DNA of 64,000 bases from Mobula hypostoma (Eukaryota), in assembly GCF_963921235.1 (NCBI RefSeq), contig NC_086097.1:192636001-192700000 (forward strand). The letters run 5' to 3'. Of this stretch, positions 37,470 to 51,851 are shown in pieces; position 1 is the first letter of the stretch, and the number at the start of each line of letters is the position of its first letter. The translations under genes were made by a program, and so were the position numbers. The notes under the pieces were generated by a model, which did not search any database, was not told the origin of the DNA, and saw only the letters and a program-made list of their open reading frames with translations.

Positions 37470-40125
37470 CTAGCAGAGGCACTGAGCCTGGTTTTGTGAC
37501 TCAGAAGGGAAGCGGGGAGAAGAGGTGATTTGTAATGGTAGGGGATTTGTTACTCAGTGAACAGAAAAGAGGTTCAGTGGATGAGAACAAGATTCCTGGA
37601 TGGTATGTTGCTTTCCAGGTGCCAGGTTCTGGGACAGGTCAGATCAAGTCCTCAACATTCTCAAGTGGGAGGGTGAGCAGCCAGAGGTCATGTTCCATGT
37701 AGGTACCAATGACATAGATAGAAAGACAGACGAAGTTCTGCAAAATGAGTTCAGGGAGTTAGACGCTAAATTAAAGGGCAGGACCTCCGTTGTTGTAATC
37801 TCAGGATTGCTACCCATGCCAAATGATAGTGAGACCAGAAATGGGAATATCATACAGTTTAACACGTGGCTAAGGAGTTGGTGTGGTAGGGAGGGTGTCA
37901 GATTTTTGGATCATTGGGCTCTCTTCCAGTGAAGCTGGGATATGTACAGAAGAGACGGTTTGCACCTGAACTGGAGGGCGACTGTTATCCTAGTGGGAAG
38001 ATTTGCAAGGGGATGGGAGTTTAAACTAGAGTTGAGGGAGCTGAAACCAGAGTGTCTGAACAGATGGTGGAGAAGTTGTGCAGAGAGATGGTTTTAAGAC
38101 CTCAGACAAAGTCAGAAATCAAAAATTTGACCATGGTGTAACTAATGTCCTGAACTTCATGTATATCAAGGCAAAAAGTTTAATAGGAAAGGCAAAAGAG
38201 ATCAAGGCACAGATCAACACATGAAATGATGAAATTGTGGCCATTAGAGAGACTTGGTTGCAGGAGGGGCAGGACAGGCAGCTCAATGTTCTGGGGTTCT
38301 GTTGTTTTAGACATGACAGAGCGGGAGGGATTAAAGGGGAAGGTGTGGCGTTATTAATCAGGGAAAATGTCATGGCAGTGCTCAGTCAGGTCAGACTGTA
38401 GAACTAATCTGGTGAGGCATTATGGGTGGAAATGAGGAATAAGAGAGGTATGACCGTATTAACGGGGCTATATTACAGACCACCCAACAATGCTCGGGAT
38501 TTAGAGAAACTAATTTGTAGAGAGATCGCAGACTGCTGAAAGAAACATAAGATTGTTACAGTAGGTGATAGAAATGAGGCAAAGCAGCATCGACTTCATA
38601 AACCCTAACCAGATTTCAGAGGAGATATTTCCTGTCTTGAGGCAAATTAGGGTGGATAAATCTCCAGGGCCTGACAAGATGTTCCCTCAAACCTGTGGGA
38701 GGCAAGTGCAGAAATTACAAGGGACCTAGCAGAGATATTTAAATCATACTTTTTGACGGGTGATATACCAGACGATTGGAGAATAGCTTTGTTGTTTCAC
38801 TGTTTAAGAAAGGCCCTAAAACTGCTTGGATAGACATGAACTCATTAGGGATAGTCAGCATGGCTTTGTGTGTAGTAGGTCATGTCTAACGAACTTAAAA
38901 GAGTTTTTCCAGGAAGTTACCAGGAAAGTTCATGAAGGCAAGGCAGTAGATGTTGTCTACAGGAACATTAGCAAGGCATTTGACAAGGTCCCACATGGGA
39001 GGTTGGTCAATAAGGTACAGTCGCTCAGCATTCAAGAAGAGGTAGTAAATTGAATTAGACATTGGCTTTGTGGAAGAAGCCAGAGTGTGGTTATAAATAA
39101 TTGCTTCTCTGATTGGAGGCCTGTGACTAGTGGTGTGCCATAGGGATCGGTGGTGGGTCCTTTATTGTTTATCATGTAAATCAATAATCTGGATTATAAT
39201 GTGGTGAACTAGATCAGCAAATTTGCAGACGACACCAAGATTGGGGGTGTAGCGGACAGCGAAGAAGAACTTGCAGTGGGATCAGCACCAGCTGAGAAAA
39301 TGGGCTGAGAAATGGCAGATGGAATTTAATGCCGACAAATGCGAGGTGTTGCACTTTGGTAGGACCAACCAGGGTAGGCCTAACAGTGAAAGGCAGGGCA
39401 CTGAAGAGTGTAGAACAAAGGGATCTGGATATACAGTTCCACATTTCATGGAAAGTGGTGTCACAGGTTGAAAGGGTTGTAAAGAAAGCTTTTTGCACAT
39501 TGGCCTTCTTAAATCAAATTATTGAGTACAGGAGATGGGATGTTATGTTGAAGCTGTATAAGACATTGTTGAGGCCTAAATTGGAGTATTGTGTGCATCT
39601 TTGGCCATCTACCTGCAGGAAAGATGTAAATAAGGTTGAAGGAATACAGAGAAAATGTACAAGGATGTTGCTGAGATTAGAGTATCTGAATCATGAGGAA
39701 AGATTGAATAGGTTAGGACTTTAATCCTTGGAATGTAGAAGATTGAGAGGAGATTTGATAGAGATATACAAACTTATGAGTCGTACAGAGAGGGTAAATG
39801 CAAGCAGGCTTTTTCCACTGAAGTTGTGTGGGACTAAATCTAGAGGTCATGGGTTCAAGGAGAAAGATGAAAACTTTAAGGGGAACATGAGGGGAAGCTT
39901 CTTCACTCAGAGGATCATGAGAGTGTGGAATGAGCTGCCAGGGCAAGTGGTGCATGCAAGCTCAATTTGATCATTTAAGCAAAGTTTGGATAGGTACATG
40001 GATAGTATGGATATGGAGTGCTATGGTCTAAGTACAGGTCAATGGAAGTGGGTAGTTTAAATAGTTTGACATGGACTAGATTGGCTGAAAGGCTTGTTTC
40101 TGTGCTGTATTTTTCAGTGACTCTA
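37470..40125 (+). mobile_element. CR1 LINE with ORF1 esterase, endonuclease and RT remnants (internal deletions)
   Basis: ORF 37600-37932 (CFPGA..HVGTNDI), ETWL and YYRPP remnants, ORFs 38826-39053, 39329-39724, 39728-39970. Confidence 0.92.
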
Positions 40126-41182
40126 AGGATATAGACAGACTGGTGAAATGGGCAGAAGTGAGAGATGGAATTTAACACAGAAAAAAGTGAAGTGATTTAT
40201 ATCTATAGTAAAAATGAAGAGAGAAGGTCAGTGACTAAAACTTGTTTAAAAGGACATCAGGAAAAACACATCAACAGTTGCATGCCAAAATGTTGGCACT
40301 TCCCTCATAAGCTTTAGAAAGGTCAGGGCTCCTGCAATGAAACAGAGGGCAGGGTCTTTCCAACTGATTGGCATTGAAGTTGTAAGCTGTCTTCCAGAAA
40401 TGAACTGCTCTTGGTCTCCAGAGGCAAAGCCAGTGATCTATGAACAATTCCCCAACAGTTACGTTGAAGAACATGCCAATGTGCCTACAGAACCTTTATC
40501 AATTTAGACCTAGGGCAGGAATGGTGAGCACATCTAATTCATATGAATGGGAGAAGAAAAAATAGCCAAATTACTTTTTAAAAAATATTAAGTTTAGTTT
40601 ACGTTTGCTTTTGAATATTATTTTTTTCATTGATTTTTCATGTTGCAAGGAGTTGGAAGGTTTGAGGTCCTTAACAAGATCTGGCAAACTTTTTAAAATC
40701 TGTTTTGTTGGAAGACCTTGTTTTGGCCCTCATCCACGATGGTGTTACATTTTGTGAGGCCCTGCTACTGCAGGATCAGGATGTCTTCAGGCAGGAAGCC
40801 AACACTTTCTAAATTGAAAAACAATTTATCACTTGTATCAGTGGACAGTGGATGTATTATCATGAGCAATAAGAGCTGGCTGTAATATCAATCAAATGGA
40901 ATAATTTTAAAAGAGATGGAGACAGCTGGTTGTGCATGGATTAATCTTGCAATATGGTATCATTAGGTTGAGAAGATGATGAGGAGGAATGGTGGCTATG
41001 CATTGAAAACCCTAATACAGAAGTCTCTGAATATCTTTGAAAAACAAAACAAAAAAATGTTTAATATTGGGAGAGGTGTGAGATGCATGTGGAGTGACTT
41101 ACACACTGGTAAAATGGGCTTGGTAGAAAATGATTTATCCTTCAAACTTTATTTGAAACAATAACATTGAGAAAATACACTA

Positions 41183-43860
41183 TAAACACAAGAGATTCTG
41201 TAGATGTTGGAAATCCAGAGCAACACATAAACTATTGGAGGAACTCAGCAAGTCATGCAGCATCTATGGAAGTGAATAAGAGTCGATGTTTCAGGCCAAG
41301 ATCGTTCTTCAGGAATGAAAAGGAGGGAGGAAGATACCAGAATAAAAAACTGGAGGGAGGGGAAGGAGGACCAGCTGGAAGATGACAGATGAAGCCAGGT
41401 GGGTGGGAAATGTAAAGGACTGGAGAAGAAGGAATCTGATGGAGGAGAGAAGTGTGAGGCATGGGAGAAAGGGAAGAAGGAGGGGCACCAGTGGGAGGTG
41501 ATAGAAAGAGGTAAGAGGCAAGAGACCAGATGAGAGAAAGAGGTAAGAGGCAAGAGTGGGAAATAGAAGAAGAGAAAGGTGAGGGGGAACTTTTTTTTAT
41601 ATCAGAAGGAGAAATCAATATTCATGCTATCAGGTTGGAGGTTATCTAAATAGAATCTGAAGTGTTGCTCCTCCACCTGAGAGTGGCCTCATCATGCCAA
41701 ATGAGAAAGCCATGTCGGAATGGGAAAGGGAATAAGGATTAAAATGGTTGGCCGTCAGTAAATTCCACTTTTGGCCAATGCATCCAAGGCTTTCAATGAA
41801 GTGGTCCCTAATTTATATTGGGTCTCACCAAGGTAGTGGAGGCTGCATTGGGAGCACCAGGTATATTAAATGACCCCAACAGATTCACAGATGAAGTGTT
41901 GCCTCAGCTGGAAGAACTATTTGGGGCCATAGATGAAAGCAAGGAAGGAGATAAATCGGGAAGCGCAGTATATATGTCACTTGTGCCGATATGTGCCAGG
42001 AGGGAGATTAATAGGGAGGGACGAATGAACAAGGGTATCACGGAGGGAGCAATCCCTATGGAAAGCGGAGAGTTTTGAGGGGGGGTGAGGGGCAAAGGTA
42101 AAGATGTGTTTGGTAGTAGCATCATGGGTTGTAGGTAAGGACAAGATGAACGCAATCACTGTTAAGGTAGCAGGAAGATGGAGTGAGCACGGATGTTCAG
42201 GAAATAGAGGAGATGGGGATGAATGGTGAAGGAATAGAAACCCTATTCTTTGAAGGAAGACATTTTGATGTCCTGGAAAGGAAAGCCTCATCCTTGAAAC
42301 AGATGTGACAGAGAAGAATTAACTGAGAAAAGGAAATAGCGTTTTACAGGAGACATGGAGGAAAGAGGTATAGTTAAGATAACTGGGGGAATTGGTCGGT
42401 TTATAAAAGATATCACCAGACAGTTTGTCACCAAAGATGGAGACAGAAGGTTTGAGAAAGGGAAGGGAGGTGTCAGAAATAGACCAAGTGAATTTAAGGG
42501 CAGGGTGGAAGTTGCAGGCAAAGTTGATGAAATTAACGAGCTCAGCATGGGTGCACGAAAAGTCATCAATGTAGCACATGAAGAGTTGGGGAACACCAGC
42601 AGGGAAGGCTTGGAACATGGACTGTTCCACAGAACCAACAAAAGGGCAGATATGTCTGGGATCCATGTGGTGTCCATGGCTATCCCTTCAGTCTGGTGAA
42701 AGTGGGAGGAGCAGAAGGAGAAATTGTTGAGAGTGAGGGCTAGTTCTGCCAGATGGAGGAGGGTGGTTGTGGAGGGAAACTGGTTGGATATTTTGTTCAG
42801 AATGAAGCAAAAAGTTTTAAGGGCTTCTTGATGGAGAAATGTAAAGGGACTGGATATCCATGGTGAAGATAAAATGGCCAGAGCCGGGGAATTGAAAGTT
42901 GTTGAGGGGATCGAGAGCATGTGAAGCATCGTAGATGTAGATGGGAAGGGATTGAACCGGGGAGATAGAATGCAGTCAAGGTATGCAGACATGCGTCCAG
43001 TGGGGTAGGAGCATGTAGAGACAATGGGCTTACTTATACAGTCAGGTTTGTGGATCTTGCGTAGGAGGTGTAAACGAAAGTAAGGGAACTATGAGTGAGG
43101 TGGCAGTGGATGGGAGCTCTCTAGAGTTAATCAGGGTAGTGATGGTGTTAGAGACAATTTTCTGATCAGCTAGGGTAAGTAAAAGGAGGTGTCTGAGAGT
43201 TGTTGCCTGGCCACAGTAAAGTAGAGGTCAGTCTGCCACACTACAAAAGCACTCCCTTCATCTGAGTGTTTGATGAACAGAGAGGAGCGTAGTACGTTCA
43301 GAGGAGGTAAGATCCAAGGAGGGGTGAGGAGTGCTGAAGTTGAGCCGTTTGATGTCCCATCAGCAATTGGAGATGAAAAGATCCAGAGCAGGCAGAGAAC
43401 CAGAACAGAGTGTCTAAGAAGAAGAGGAGAGTTGAAGATGGACGAAGGGGTCATCGGTGTGGTGTGGGGAGTTCTTGCCAAAGAAGTGGGCTCAGAGACA
43501 GAGGTACAGAAGAAGAGCTCAGTGAGATGGTGGGCACAGAACTTACTGAGGTGCAGGCGGAGGGTCTTGCTGAGGACAGTATATTTTTGCTCAGAGAGGG
43601 GAAGGTCGAAGGCAATAGTGAAGACGTGGCAGGGATCAGAGCTGGGATCAGAGTGGGATGGAGAGTTGGTAGTGTCAGAGGGAGGAATGCTGGGGTGTTC
43701 AGGGAAGGTAGGGTGGGAGGATGATGAAGGCTCCGAGAATCCAAGAGGTGACAGGGGAGCCTGAGAGACCTGGGGTTGGAAGCCCAGGGGCCCACCAGCA
43801 GCAAGGGAAGTCTCGACCTGGAGGTAACAGTGGCTGAAGCCGGAGCTAGAAGTCGCGCCA
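41183..43860 (-). mobile_element. Decayed autonomous Penelope-like retroelement (RT + GIY-YIG endonuclease + terminal repeat)
   Basis: LALTLNNFSF..QTEGIAM, CYIDD..FHPALKFT..SLPFL..YKPT (ORFs 42288-42992, 42319-42666). GVI*Y..YLGETQ at ~41815-41880. Terminal repeat with CUGAAGA..GAAA core at 41280-41315. Confidence 0.9.
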
Positions 43861-44559
43861 TTTCCAGTAATGTAAATAATACATTACCAATAAAATAAAT
43901 AGGATTTCTAAACTTGAATTGATCTTGGTGTTCATTATGATCTAGGCTTAGACAAAATAGCTAACTATATTTTGAACTCTTGGTAAATTTTCTTTTTTAA
44001 CTGAATTCCGCAAAATGTTAGAGGGGGAACAGGGAGTTTGGATGATTTCTCTTTAGAGAGACTTTTTCACCAATGTTAAATAGAATAAATAGCCATAGTT
44101 TATTATGTAAAACTCTAGTTAAACCTCAAAGTTCACTATTGTGGAAAGGCTAGAAAAGATATTGTTTATTTCTTTTGAGTGAAAACAAACTAAATGGGTT
44201 TCAATAGAGGTATTCAAAATTATAAAGGGTAAATAGGGAATAACTGATTCCAGAAGTAGCAGTCACTAATCAAAGGACAAATTTACAGTAATTTTCAAAA
44301 TAATCAAGAATAAGAAGACGTAGTAGCTTCAAGTATATTAAAACAGTCCATGGCACTTTACAGGAGCATTACCACAAACCATATTCCATCAGCTATATGA
44401 GATATGCTAACAATTTGCCAAAAACTTTGTGAATTAAGTAGATTATAAGCTTCCTAAATGAAAGGAAAGAGATGATGAGGCAGAAAGATTTAAGAAGGGA
44501 GCTTCACACCTTAGGGTCTAAACATTTCACCTTATGGGTTCTGAGGCTTGGGAGATGAA

Positions 44560-45185
44560 CCAATGTTTGACGGAGTGTGGTGGGTGCATGGGATGGTGGT
44601 AGATAGGGCAGATACAATAGGGTCTTTTAAGAGACACTTAGTTAGGTATATGGAGCTGAGAAAAATAGACAGCTACGCGGTAGGGAAATTCTAGGCAGTT
44701 TCTAAAGCAGGTTACATGGTCGGCACAACATTGTGGGCTGAAAGGCCTGTAATGTGCGGTAGATTTCTATGCTCTGGAATGAGGGGCGATCTTATAGAAA
44801 CATACAAAATTTTGAAATGGATAGATAAGATAGAAATAGGAAATTTGTTTCCATTGGTAGGTGAGACTAGAACTTGGGACATTGCCTCAAGATTCAGGGG
44901 AGAAGATTTAGGATGGAGATGAGGAGAAACTGATTTTTCCAGAGAGTGGTGAATCTGGGAATTCTCTGCCCAGGGAAGCAGTTGAGACTTCATCACTAAA
45001 TATATTTAAGATACAGTTAGATAAAATTTTACATAGTAGAGGAATTAAGGGTTATGGGGAAAAGGCAGGTAGATGGAGCTGAGTTTATGGACAGATCAGC
45101 CATGATCTTATTGAATGGTGGGGCAGGCTCGATGAGCCGGATGGCCTACTCCTGCTCCTATTTCCTGATGTTCCTATTATGTTCT
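44560..45185 (+). mobile_element. Two adjacent CR1 3' ends
   Basis: MRGDLIETYKIL (ORF 44716-44922); two CR1 tails. Confidence 0.8.
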
Positions 45186-46464
45186 TATGTCTTCTGTGGA
45201 TAGCCAAGAGACTAAATTTGGAGGACCACAGAAATTTCAGTGAATTGTATAGTGGAGGTAGATACAAGGAAAAGGAAATGTGAGGCATCTGAGAACAACT
45301 GAAGTGTTTGAAAGCAAAACTGGGGGTTGATAATGGAGCCAATGTAAATCAGTAGGCACTGATGTATAGGGAAATGGAACAGGGTGCAGGTGAAATTATG
45401 AAGGTGTTTATACAGGTTAGTTAATTACAAAGCACTCAGGGGATCCAAGTTATGGATGTGGGTTTCATCAGCAAATGATTCGAGCTGACAGAGATATGGA
45501 GATGAAAGTAGGCTGACATAGCCATGAAACAGCATCGTCATTAGAATTCATTTAGGATAAAGTACATCACTGAGAATAAAAGATCAACCTCAGATGGATG
45601 CCAGGGAAAGGGATGGACTTAATGTTTGTGTAAAGAAATTGCAGTGGCAAAGAAACACGGGAAAAAGTAAATTACATAGTGAATCATCATGGTCTGGAAG
45701 GCACTGCCTGAAAGAGCAGTGGAAACAAAAGGAAAATGGATGAGTACTTGAAGTACAAGGCTACGAGAAAAAAGAGAGTGGCTAAATCAGGCAGTCATTC
45801 AAAGCACAAGCACGAGCTTGATGGGCTGACTGATTTCTGTCATCGTATGATTCCATAAAACAGGAACAGATTGGAGCTGAGAACAAAATAATTTAAGAGC
45901 CCCATAGGACCACAGCTAGGATGATTGATGAGTAGTTCAGATTAACAAGAGGACTTGGCATTAAATCAGGATGATGATAGGCAAAAGAGAATCAAGGATG
46001 CCTTAGGTGCTGAACAATGAGAAATCCAAGAACAATCAATTGAATTTGCCATCATTTTAAATGTTCAAGGGGAAAAAAACAGTTAAAGTCTGATGAAGAG
46101 AAAAAGATAATGTTATTAGAATTGAAAATCTATGAAGAATTAGTGCTGTAATAAAGTAAATGGAAAGCATGTTGTAAAGTGTATTACTGGTAACATTCCA
46201 TTTTTCAAAAGGTTTGATAAATTGTCAGATAGGAAGCTGGAGAATAAATTGAAGGAACTTTATTAAAAAGGACATGTCAGGGCAGACAGTAAATTAGTTA
46301 TAGCATACAGGCTTGTTTCCAGCAAATATGTTTTGAATTGTATAGATTTCTGAACTCCATGGGATCTCTGTAGCACCTTTATTCGCCTCTCATTTTATTT
46401 GGATTTAAGGACTATGTTATTATCATTTACAAATGACACAAAAATATGTTTGCAATACTAGGTA

Positions 46465-47160
46465 GATCACACAGCACCTGTGGAGAAAGAGTTTTTAACA
46501 ACTAAAGAAAACTACAGATGCTGGAAATCAAAATGTAAAAACAGAAAGTGATGGAAACACTTTATCAGGCAGCATCTGTGGAAAAAGATGCATGTAATAT
46601 TTCAAATCGTAGACCCTTCATCAAAACTGGGAATGAAAGTAAAAAAAGAGAAAATCTACAGATGCTGGAAACCCGAGTAGTCTTAACAGCATGTATGGAA
46701 AAGAGTAGAGTCAACGTTTTGAGCTGAGACCCTTCAGCAGGACTCCAAAAGAAGGGAAAAAAATCAATTTCAGAATCAAGGAATGTGGAGGAGGGTTGGG
46801 TAGAACAAAGGGAATACATTTTATTGAGTGAGCCCCATTAACTCTTTGTGACTCAGCCTATCAGATATATCTCTTTTGTTCTAAACTTTCTTTCTTCACT
46901 TCCTCCACTAGAGTTCTTCTTCCCCCACCCCAATTCTGATGAAGAGTCCTAGAACTGAAATGCTAACAGTTTCTCTTTTCAGAGATGTTTTAGGCGAATG
47001 GTCTTTCACTGCCCATCATTGGCAATGATGAAAGATGAAATTAGGCTGACAAAATGATGAAAGATCGACCTGAAATGTAACCTCTGTTTCCCTCTCCACG
47101 GTTGCTGCCTGATCATCTGATTATTTTCTATTTTTATATCAGATTTCCAGCATCTGCAGT
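46465..47160. repeat. Cluster of nested, degenerate Penelope-derived repeats
   Basis: Multiple CAGATGCTGGAA, GACCCTTCA and CTGATGAAGAGTC units in both orientations. Confidence 0.7.
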
Positions 47161-47589
47161 ATTCAGGTAAATACGTGAGTGTTTAGCTTCAAGATTTTAT
47201 TTTTGCATTGAGTTGTGAGCAAATAACTTAGACAGAAACAGCAATTCAAAGTAAACTTTAAAACAGAAATGAATACATTCAAAGAGAGATTAGCAGGGCA
47301 GGTAAAAATCAGTCCCTCACAGAGCTGAGACAAGCTGAAAAAGTTACATGGGCCTCTCTTCACAAATGAGGAAGAAAATTGTTGGAAGGTTCAGTGAGAA
47401 AATCTATGAAGCATGTTTTCAGAGTAATAATATACTTGAGCACATTTTTCAAATTGGAAACTAAAGTTGAACATATTAAAGAACAAATTTTAGGAGGATT
47501 ATTCAGAAAGGTTAAAGACAGGATCTGGGGAAAAAGCAACAAGTAAAATTTGTGGTGTCTACCTGCAAACTTGGTCAAGTCTTAAATTT

Positions 47590-48130
47590 CACCATATACT
47601 AAGTGTGATCCTATAAAAATCCTACAAAAGGTAATGGATTCAGCCTAGTACATCACAGGTAAAGCTCTTCCAACCATTGAGCACATCTACATGAAATATT
47701 GCCGTAGAAAAGCAGCATCTATCATCAAAGGTCTTCACCACCCTGGCCATGCTTTTATCTCGCTGTTGCCATCAGGTAGAAGGTACAGGTGCCTCAGGAC
47801 TCACACCACCAGGTTCAAGTACAATTACTACCCGACAACTATCAGGCTCATGAACAAATGGGGATAACTACATTTATTCTGCTTCTGAAATTCCCACAAC
47901 TGATGGTCTCACTTTCTGACTCTTTGTCTTGTTATTTCATGCTTGTTATTTTTTGCTATTTATTTATATCTGCATTTGCACAGTTTGCTGTCTATTGATC
48001 CTGCTTACAGCTACTGTTCTATAGATTTGCCAAGTATGCCTCCAGAAAAAGAATCTCAGGGTTGTATGGGGTGACATGTATGCACTCTGATAATACATTT
48101 TACTTTGAACTTTGGATTTTTGAACTTTGA
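47590..48130 (+). mobile_element. Rex1/Babar-type LINE 3' end
   Basis: RKAASIIKGLHHPGHA peptide remnant; (TTTGAAC)n tail. Confidence 0.8.
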
Positions 48131-48507
48131 TACAGATTGTACAGGAAAGGTCTGACGGAAAGGAAGCTGAAAAAGATATAAGCAAGCAAAATATCTTAGA
48201 AGCTGAAATTTAAGTATTGGCTAAGCATATTCCTCAAGAAAGTGATGGAGACGAAACAGCCAAATCTGAAGTTCAGAGGTGTGAGAATTATGCTTCAGCT
48301 ATGATCATAGTGTTGTCCCAGATGTAGCAATCCCCATAGATGTACACAGTCATATACAAACAAAATGTTAGTCTTTAAATGAGCCATCTTCCTACAAGAT
48401 GACATTGAGCTCAAATTCCTCATCATCAGCAAGTGACAGAATGCATTTTGTCTACATGTTCAGCTGGCATATATAATCAAAGAGGAGTAAAAATCTAAGG
48501 ATCCAAT

Positions 48508-51500
48508 CATCATCATCACCATCAGGTGCAGTGCCCAGTTTGAGCTTTCACTGCCATTGCCCACACACTCCTGTTTCAGGTCAAGTTGATCAATTCATTG
48601 GTATTCATTTCCAGTTCTCTGGCTGCTGTCTCCATCATCATTTGTCTTTGTCTTCCTCTTGCTTTCTTCCCTTCAATCTTTCCCATAGTTACCGTGCATT
48701 CTAACTCCTCTTTCCTAATCACATGTCCAATGAAGTTAGGTTGCCTTTTCATGATCTCATACATTATTTCTCTTTTTGTGTTTGCTCTGTTCATGATATT
48801 CGTTTCATCCATGATATTCTTTGCATCCCCCTCAAAAACTACATCTCTGCTGCTTCAATTTGTTTCCTCATGTTACTAGATATTGTCCAACATTCTGAGC
48901 CATATAACATAACTGACTAAACATAACATTTCAGTACTCTGAGGCGGGTTGTCATGCCTAGTTTAGTATTGGTCAGTATACTCTTCATTCTCATAAAGGT
49001 GTCTTTTGCCATCCCTATTCTTCTTTTGATGTCCATGTTGCACCTGCCATCTGATGTCACCCAGCTTCCTAAGTAGCAAAGGTTCTATTCTTGTTTTATG
49101 TCTTCCCCATTTATTCTCAGCCTGCAGATAAGGATTCTCCTTCTTTATGGATATCACCATACATTCTGTCGTTACTCAATTGAGAGATAGACCCATTTTT
49201 GCACTTTCTTCAACAACTATATCAATTAAGTTTTGTAGTTCTTCCTCCGTACTTGCAATTAACAGTGTCATTTGCATATCTGAAATTATTGATGTTTTCA
49301 CCGCCAACTTTGATTCCCAAGATGTCTCTTATTTTTTGTAATATTGTTTCACTGTACACATTAAATAAATCAGGGGAGAAAACACACCCTTGTCTAACGC
49401 CTCTCTTGATTTTCGTAAACTGACTCACTTCTCCGTCTATTCTTACAGCGGCAGTTTGTTCCCAGTACAGACTTATGATTAGGCGGAGGTCTTTCGAATC
49501 TAGATCTAGAGTTTTCTGTAATACTTCAAATAACTTATTGTGCTTCACTTTATCAAATGCTTTTGTGTAGTCGATAAAACAAATAAACAAATCTTTTTGC
49601 ACTTGAATAGCTCATTCTGATAGTATCTTTAACATCAATATTGCGTTTCTTGCACCTTTGTCTTTCACAAAACCACATTGTTCTTTACCTATTTCAGCTT
49701 GTATTTTACTTTTAGCTTTTGTCATCAAAATTCTTAGAAGTATCTTGGTGATATTATGGTCCTATGTAATTCACATTCTATTGCTCCAGGTTTCTCAGGA
49801 AGAGCGATAAATACGGATTTTTTTCATCACTTCTGATATTATTCCAGTCTCATAAATGTCATTGATTAAATTAGTAAGTTTTTCAATTCCATAATCTTCA
49901 AGGGCGATAATTTGTTCTATTACTAATTCATCAGGACCTGCTGCCTTTCCTTTCTTCATCTCATTTATTGCATTACGAACTTCAGATTTTAAAATACTTG
50001 GATCTTCAATGTTTTTCTTAATTTCTGGTTTTTCGCCTCGATTGTCTTCAAACAATTCCTGAATATACTCAGCCCATCTGTTCATAATCTCATATTTTTC
50101 CATGATAATGGTACCGTCCTTTGCTGTCAAACATCCACCTGAAGAACAGAGGAGCTTTTTACCAGTGACATTCTTGATTTGTTGCTTTTTGGATCATTAA
50201 TAGGGATTCTTTTTATTTTCTCACATTCCTGGTTTAACCATTCTTCTTTGGCTTTTTGACATAAGCTCTTAACTTTTTTATCTAAGGATTTATATTTTAT
50301 AGGATTTGCTTTTTCCCGTCTTCTCTCTTCCATTAGATTTTTGATTTCACCTGTCATCCATTTATTCTTTATGCTTTTTTCTTTTTTAGGAATCACTGAC
50401 TTTGCTGATTCTACCAAGATATCCTTTAGAGTTAAATTTCATTTCTACATGATTGCTATCATCTTCAACAGATTCTATTTCTAGACTTTGAAATCTATTC
50501 CTTACTTCAATTATAAATTTTTGTCTTAAGTTTTCTTTTTTAATTAATTGCAAGTAGTTAAGGGATTGTTCAGGTTTTTGCTTCTTTAGTTTTTTATGTT
50601 TTACTTTTACATGTCATACCATTGGTTTATGGTCACTATTACAGTCTGCACCTGGATATGATTTGCATTGAGTCACTGAGTTTCTAAATACAAGTATTTG
50701 GTTTATAATAATAAAGTCAATTTGATTTCTAGTGTTATCACCCGGACTTTTCCAGGTCCACAAGCGTCTTGGATGATTTTTAAAGTGGGTATTCATAATG
50801 ACCTGATTATTCATCTTGCACCATTCTACCCATTTCTCACCTCTTTCATTTCTTTCTCCTAATCCAAATTTTCCTACGGTATTTCCATCAGTACCTTGTC
50901 CAACTTTAGCATTTGGATCTCCCATGACAATAACAATATCTTGAGATTTGCATCCATTCTTTGCTTGTTCAAGCTCTTCATAGAATTTATCTATATCCTT
51001 ATTTGTTCCATCTGTTGTTGTTACATATACCTATATAATTGCTAAATCAAATGGTTGTCCTCTGAATCTAACAAGGAGCACTTTTTCTGATATTGCCCAA
51101 TGTCCTAAAACACTTCTTGCCATGTTTTCATCCCTAAGAATTCTTACTCCATTAGTATGGGATGTTCCAGAAGAATAAATTAGTGTTTTATTTCTATTCT
51201 GTCATGTTCCAGCACCTATCCAACGAACTTCGCTAATTCCCATGATGTTAATCTTTAGTCTTTCCATTTCATTTATTACATTGTCCAATCTTTCTGTTTT
51301 ATATAGGGTTCTTACATTCCAAGTGACAATAATTTTCTTTTGTGTTACTTGAATTTTATGAGCAGTAGCTTGATGACGGTCGGGGATCCCCTGCCAACCA
51401 GAATCAACCCTACTGAGCGAAGCATCTTCAGAATTGTCTTGAAGATTCTCTTGACGCTGTTGTTGTGTGATACATTTTTTGAGTTTGACCATAGTTTTCT

Positions 51501-51851
51501 TAGTAAATAGTTTCTAAGAAACATATTATCTAGCAACAGTGGTTTGCTATTGCCTACCATTGGGCGAACTAAAGAAATCGCCATTTCTCTTCCCTAATGT
51601 TCATCTGCCTGAGATTTGAGGTGCTAGCTCATCCACCTTCTCCGTCATTAGTTCAGTTACTGAATCTGCAGGATCTGCCGTTGGCCTTCGCTCGTATGCT
51701 GAGCAGGAACCCTTGCAGGTGCTACCGTTCCGGGTCAGAGCGGCTCTGGGAGCAATGAATGACTAAGGGGTAACTCCACTTTCCCCAAAGCTCTGAAAGT
51801 CCCCAATCAGAACCTCATCACCGGTTGCAGTTTAGAGTCATACACAGGACA
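48508..51851 (-). mobile_element. Near full-length RTE-clade (BovB-like) LINE, frameshifted
   Basis: APE motifs TWNVRTL, GISEVRW, GDPNAKVG, TRNQIDFI, SDH. RT motifs FIDYTKAFDKV, RGVRQGCVFSPDLFN, RYAND. (GAT)n tail. TSD AAGGAT(C/T)CAAT at 48497-507 and 51852-862. Confidence 0.93.

Noticed and set aside
40271..40490. 67-aa minus-strand ORF in unique sequence
   Set aside because: No recognisable homology or convincing splice pair; length compatible with chance.
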